Origin: Sminthopsis crassicaudata
Lineage: Eukaryota
Assembly (NCBI RefSeq): GCF_048593235.1
Contig: NC_133619.1
Location: forward strand, 637,648,558-637,712,557
Length of the DNA stretch: 64,000 nucleotides
Reading direction: 5' to 3'
Shown here: positions 58,064 to 64,000 of the stretch, one piece after another
Numbering within the stretch: position 1 is the stretch's first letter
How the letters are laid out: every line of letters begins with the position of its first letter
The notes under the pieces: generated by a model
What the model saw: the letters and a program-made list of their open reading frames with translations, nothing else
What the model was told of the DNA's origin: nothing
Database searches by the model: none
Made by a program: the position numbers and the translations under genes

Positions 58064-61000
58064 CTGAGGAGAAAAGGCAAACAGAGGAGTAGGTGAAGGG
58101 CTCATGGTGAAGGATCCTGGGAAAGGCGATGGGAAGTCTGCTAACTTCTGGATTCTGGCTCCATCTCCGAGCCTCTCATCCCCACAGCCTGAGCTGGGCT
58201 TCTCCTCCCCACAAAATCCTATCCTCCCACAGCCCCCTCCTCTAACCCTTCTACACTAGGCTAGGCCTCCCCCTCCCAGCCACAGGACTCTTACTACTAG
58301 ATCACTGCTTTCCCATCCCACCTCCTCAATCTGAAGAGGAGAGCAGGGCACAGAAGCAGCTTCTCTGACTCCAAATCCACCCCTGCATCTTCCCTGCATC
58401 CCTGGGCTTGCCTTCCTCTCCCGATTCACCTGGCAGAGGGTCCTCCTCAGACAGCTGTGGGGTGCCCTTCTCTTTGCTCTGTCATGGACGCCACGGTCAG
58501 TCCCGACCACACATTCTCAAGCCCGGGATCCCAGGCTTCTTTCCCACTGCCCCCCATTGGAAGCCCCAGAGGAGGCAGCTCAGCATTTCCTAAAGCACTG
58601 ATCTAGGAGCTCTTTCCCTCCGCATATCTCACCTCTGCCAGAAGTTTTCTCCAATCATCCTTGTCCACAGTGACCCCAACCTTCTCTGAGCAACTGAAAC
58701 AAGCAGCTCTTATCCAGAGTCCAGCCTCCCCACTTCTCCATAGTGTGACCCATCTCCTCACTTGGAGAGTGAGCTCCTTAGGGAAAGAGGGCTACAGATC
58801 TCAGGCTTCCTTTCAGTTTTTTTGTCATTTCCTTTTAGCCAAACTTAGCAAATAGAGTCCCCCTCAGAAAAGGGGACAAATGCCATTTCACTGGCAACAT
58901 CATTGGTATTTTTCAGAAAGCAGAGACGAGAGCCCGGAAAACTGTCGATCTGGGCCTGCAACTCTCAAGGGCTCCAGGCACATCTACAGCACTTCCCAAG
59001 CAGCTGTACTCTGGTACTAATTCAGAAATACTGCAAACCAAGGAGGGCCAGGGGAATGTACCTGCCGCCCTGACCTCCTAGACACAGAGTTAAGTGTCTC
59101 TGAGCAGAACCATAACCCTGCCTTTCCCCCGTACCGTTCCCCACCCTCCCCAAGTTAACAACTGTCTTCCATTCACAAAGAAACAGGCCGACCCAAGAGG
59201 CGCATCAAATTTGCACGCTGAGTGTGCAAGCACAGAAAGGGAATGGGATCTCGCCAATTACAACAGGAGGCCAGCATCTGAAGCAGCAAAGTGCCCCGGC
59301 CTCTGGGAATCCCAAATAGTCCCATATCCTGCTGGTCTTCCCAATGAGGCTCCAAACCCCCCACCCCCACAGTAAATTCTCAAAAGGAGCTTTCCCCCCC
59401 CAACTTGCTTCTTGCCTTGCCTCCCCATTCCCCATTCCTGTCCTCTCCCTCCTTCCTGCCCATCAGCCATGGACAGCATCCACTGCCTGGACCTCACATG
59501 ACCCCAAAAACACTCCACGTTGGCCTCGGGCCTGCAATCTCTCAAAGGGGAACAAATGGCCTGGGACATCCCCAAATACCACAAGCTTTCCTCAATCCCA
59601 GCTTCGGGGTCATTCAGAAATAGAGCTGAATTCTTCCTGAACTCCCAGATTCTTCAGCTATCTCTTGGGGATAGCTAATACAGGGCAGATAACAGATTTA
59701 GAGCTTAGAAGGGACCTCAGAGGTAATCGGAGAGCCTGGCGCTATATATTGAGCAGCAGCAAGGTCTTCCTGGACTGAGCCCCACTCCACAGTCACCCAA
59801 AAAGCTCCTTACTCGGGACCCCATCTGGTCTCCTAGTGCTGAGGCAGAGGAAGTTCAATGACTTGCCTGGGGTTACATGGCCAGGGAGGGAGAGAGGGAA
59901 TGGAAGGAAGCTCCAATCTCCCAGAACCTCTACCCCCTCCCTGGATTAATGAGGTGCTTTTATTTGGCCTAAGCCTACTTAACCCTTGACCCAATTGTGA
60001 AGTGGAGGCAAAGCCTAATTTTAGCACCTGGGATTCCAACAATTGATCAGACAAAACGAGTGTGCCAAGTCCACAGCATGGGCTCACACTGAGAGGCCTT
60101 CCCACCCGAACTCTCCTGAAGCCCAGCTCTTTCTGCTCAACCTCTTGTCTTCCCAAAAGCTTCAACCTTTCAGCTTGTCAATCTCCCTCCCCCCCAAGCT
60201 TGTGGACACAAACCTCTGAGAAAATGACAAGCCCCTGGACACAGGAGCTGGGCAAAGATGCCCCCTGGTTTAGGATAAAGGGAAGAAGGCTTTGTTTCCC
60301 TCCCAATCTCTGTCCTGAGCTCCTCACCCTTCCTCCCACTTCAGTCCTTATACCTGATCTTGAGACTCGGTCAAACCATACTCCCTCATGGAATCCTGGG
60401 AGGGGCCATCCCCAAGCCTCTCTGCCTCCCTCCCTCCCCGAAACAGCAAGATGGTGGAGGAACTCCTCCAAGGAACTTGAATGGGGGGGGGCCCTCGAGA
60501 AGCCACCCCCATTGAGACGATGGATAATGGGTGGGAATTGTTCTTTCGGGGTCACCTATAACAAAACTAGGCATTCAGCAGGCTGTCCACAATAGTGGGG
60601 GCTTACCTAGGAGGGTAATGCATTCTGGGACCTCACCCCTTATTCTGGGAGAACCCTCACCCATCCAAAAAGCAGGGTGGGAGACCTTGTGGGGAACATA
60701 ACATACCTGGTCCCTTCCCCATCCGAGAATGATGAGCCAACTTGGATCTCGCTCACAAATGTGTTATTTTGGGGGTCCTCTAAAGGCAGACGACTCCAGG
60801 GGTACAGAGGGAGGAGGGGAGAATGGAGCACCATGTTCCGTCTCCATCTTTCATGAAGCCACAAGTACTGATGAGGAAGGGGGTGGAGGCAGGGTTTGGA
60901 CAGGGAGAAGGGCTGCTCCTGGCAGGGGTGGCGAGTGGGCAGGCCCCATATGGAGGTGGCAACAGCAAGAAGAGGGCCAACTAGAGCTAAGTAGGGCACG

Positions 61001-62169
61001 ACCCTGAGGCTTGGCAGCTTTCGGGGGCCAAATATATCTTTGAGGCTCTGATGAAGCCAAACCCATTTTTATATCCCTTACTGTTGCAATCATGCTGGGC
61101 AGCTGCCAGAGGGGCTGAGGTTTGGCTGAGAACAACTGCCCATTCCCCATGCTCCAGCCATTGCTGTCTGGGGGAGAAGGGGGAGGAGTGAGGGGAAATA
61201 GGACAAGAGGGAGGCTCACATTTTTGTATAATGAAGTGGACTGAAGGAACTCATGAAAGAACAGCATTGCTGGGCTCACTCTGACGGGAAAAGGAGAAAG
61301 ATGAGGTTTCCCTAAGCTCCACCCCAGGGTGTATGGTGTATGTGGGGGTGATGATCTGGCCGGGGATCAGGTGCCTGATCTAGTGACTCACTGTCCCTTT
61401 CCTGACCTCAGTTTCCCCACCCAGACTGAGCTAGAGTGAAGCAGAACAGCAAGGCAGAAAGGAAGGTAAATAGAACAATCCTAAGCTAGAGGTAGATTTG
61501 TTTGTTTGTTTGTTTTCAGAGAGGGACTGGGGAAGGGAGGGCAGGGAGAGGACAGTCTCTGATTCACAGAACTCAATACAGGCAGGAGGCATACTGGGAG
61601 TGTTGCTCAGGGAACTTTAGGGGCAAGAAATGGAGTCCAGTTCATCTCTCCCCAGGCTCCTCCCCCATCCCGGAGCCAGAGACAACCCCGTCCAAGTCTG
61701 CCTGGCTCTGACCTTCCAAGGAGGCCTAAATTTATGTCATTTGCTCACAGCTGGATCATAGCTAGGAAGACAGAATGGGAGTAGAGAAGGAAAAGGAAAA
61801 GGGATGAAGCTACTAACTCCCAGATCCTCAGACCATCTGTATCTTCCCACTTCTTGATATCGAGATACCTCCATGAAGATGCTATGAAACCAGCTCTCAT
61901 TCCCAGGGCAAAATAGGAAGTTGGCCAAAGTTTCCTCAGATTCTCAAGGGAAAGGGAGACGACCCTCTGCCAATTGCCCTGGACCCCAGAGCAAGGTGCA
62001 GTCTCTCAAGCTGCCTTAGTGGGAATCCTTCTTTCTAGGTACAAACTCTCACACAGATAGATCACCAAATGGACTCAGTCTGAGGCCCATGAACACCTTT
62101 TTTTTTTTTTTTTTTAAATACTGGATAACTGTTACCTTTGAAATCTTAGGGATTTTATATTATGCTTAA

Positions 62170-62410
62170 AGGTAGCAGTGAACCAGAGCTATGGGCTTGA
62201 AGTCAAGATTTGGGTACAAATGCAGCCCCAGACATTTAGCCGTGTGACGCTGGCTAAGTTGATTCACCTCTGCCTGCCTCAGTTTCCTCTTTTATAAGTG
62301 GGACTATTAAATGCTCCTACCTCTTAGGACTGTTGTCAGAATCAAATGAAATAATATTTGTAAAACTCTTAGCACTGTTCTCAGCATATGGTAGGTGCTA
62401 ATAAAAGCTT
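62170..62410 (+). mobile_element. MIR element
   Basis: CCTCAGTTTCCTC...GTTGTCAGAATCAAATGAAATAATATTTGTAAA...TAGGTGCTAATAAA. Confidence 0.75.
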
Positions 62411-63224
62411 ATTCCTTCCGCTTTCCTTCCATTCTGATGATAATGGATCCACGGGTTTCACTTAACTGCCAAAGGGGACGTCTTGACACAGAGCAAAGGT
62501 TGGACAGGAACGTTCTTCATTCCCGAGTTGATCACATAACACCCCCACTTTGTTCCTATGAAGGAAGCACCCTGGATTCTACCCAACAGTGCCCTCCGCC
62601 TGTGCCAGGGGAATGCCAGAGCACTATAGCAACAGCTCCAGTTTTAGGGTATAAACTTGGAGGGTCTGGGAATCCTCTGATGGAGGAAGAACACCCATAG
62701 GCTCTGTGTACAAAAAGACAAACTCCATTCTGACCACCTTCATGAAATCCTGGGCAGGTCCTCATGGACTTCACCAACATATTCCCCAGCACCACAACGA
62801 AAGGAACATGGGGTTCTTGTGTTTAGCCTAAGGACCCCTGTGTCCAGAGCAAGGACACAGTCTCATTTACTTCCTGAGGTTGACATTCTAGGCCCTTCAA
62901 CAATCTAACTACCTTCTCAGACTTGCACCCTTTTCTCTATGGGTGACTTATATGCAGGCCTGGACTGCCCTGTCTTAGATGACAGCCATCCCAGTCTCTT
63001 CCTTTCTCTTTCTCCTTCTGGACTAGCCCACCCCCCGAGGCCCTCTCTGCTCTTTACTGCACTGGGCTGAACATGCTCGAGGCCTTTGACTTAACTAAAC
63101 AGGCCAGCTGATCTGCTACCTTTTTTTGAAGGAGTCCTGACTTCCCAATAAGATATTCTTTTGGTTATCCCTTTGCAGCCATAGGCATTTGGCTAAGTTA
63201 GAAGATGCCCCGGACGGAGGTTTC

Positions 63225-63430
63225 GTGGTTGTTCAGTCTCTTCCGACGCTTCTCTGCAGCCCCATTCCGGTTTTCTCAGCAGATACTGGAAGGGTTGGCC
63301 ATTTCCTTCTCCAGCACATTTTACAGATGAGGCAATGACTTGCCCAGGCTCACCCAGCTAATAAGTCTGAAGCTGTGTTAGAACTCAGTGAGATGAGTCT
63401 TCCTTCCTCCATGCCCAGTGTTCTGTATTC
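63225..63430 (-). mobile_element. Mar1-type SINE
   Basis: GTTGTTCAGTC...GATACTGGAAGGGTTGGCCATTTCCTTCTCCAGCACATTTTACAGATGAGG. Confidence 0.8.
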
Positions 63431-64000
63431 GGCTCCAGAGGGGAAGCAGACAGTGACTGAGCCCTCTAAGGCTCACAAAGGGCTTCATACCCAATATCCC
63501 TTCTAATACCCCCAAACCCCCAGGGACAGAGACTTTTCATGACTCCTCATTGTCCCCATTTTATCACTGATGTGAAAAGAGAGGATGAATGAGTTGCTAA
63601 CACAGCAGGGCAGAATTTTCTCTCAGAGCACTCTCCTTGCCTCCAGACCTGGCCCTTGAGTTAGCTGGGCAGGGCTGGATGACATCCCTCCACATTTCAG
63701 CTAGAAGCTGATCTGACTGGGACTTTCTGTCCGCTTTCCTTTTCCATAACCACAGATTAAAAAGCCCAAATACTCCAGCATCCAGAGCCCAGCAATGAGG
63801 GGGCTGGGGTGGGGTGGATCCAAGGGGAAACAGGGAGAGGGAAGACTGAAGAGAGCTAGGAGCCCCTTTCTGGGGCCAAATATTTGCAAGGTGGCAAGAG
63901 AAAGGATGATTCAATTTCGGGACTGAGGTCAGGATGACCAGGTATTGTTACCAGCCACTTCCTCGGGTAAAGTTCTTCCCCCTCAGCCCCTATTGCCTTC

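Noticed and set aside
58064-64000. SAMD4B first coding exon (MMFRDQVG...) or another gene in this intron
   Set aside because: Not found; only SINE/MIR remnants and short non-specific ORFs are present.

Overview
Intron-rich mammalian genomic DNA, most likely a marsupial (WSINE1/Mar1-type SINEs and marsupial L1 ends; possibly a dasyurid). It is syntenic to human 19q13.2. Left to right: SUPT5H (-, runs off the left edge), an intact interleukin-15-like gene (IL15L, -), RPS16 (+), PLEKHG2 (-), an intron-containing tRNA-Ile(UAU) (+), ZFP36/TTP (-), MED29 (-), PAF1 (+) and SAMD4B (-, first coding exon beyond the right edge). There is a 245-N gap at 49537-49781. I rebuilt exon structures by hand from splice sites and recalled human proteins; all phases join correctly except SAMD4B's penultimate exon. 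The main hidden item is the three-exon, 137-aa IL-15L cytokine ORF (11963-12911), which the ORF track splits across three unrelated-looking ORFs. It lies head-to-head with RPS16 and has a strong overlapping uORF. A splice donor overlapping its stop codon could join it to SUPT5H. IL-15L is a known but rarely annotated family (dead in human and mouse), so this is probably an overlooked gene rather than a new system. No database searches were run; homology calls are from memory.
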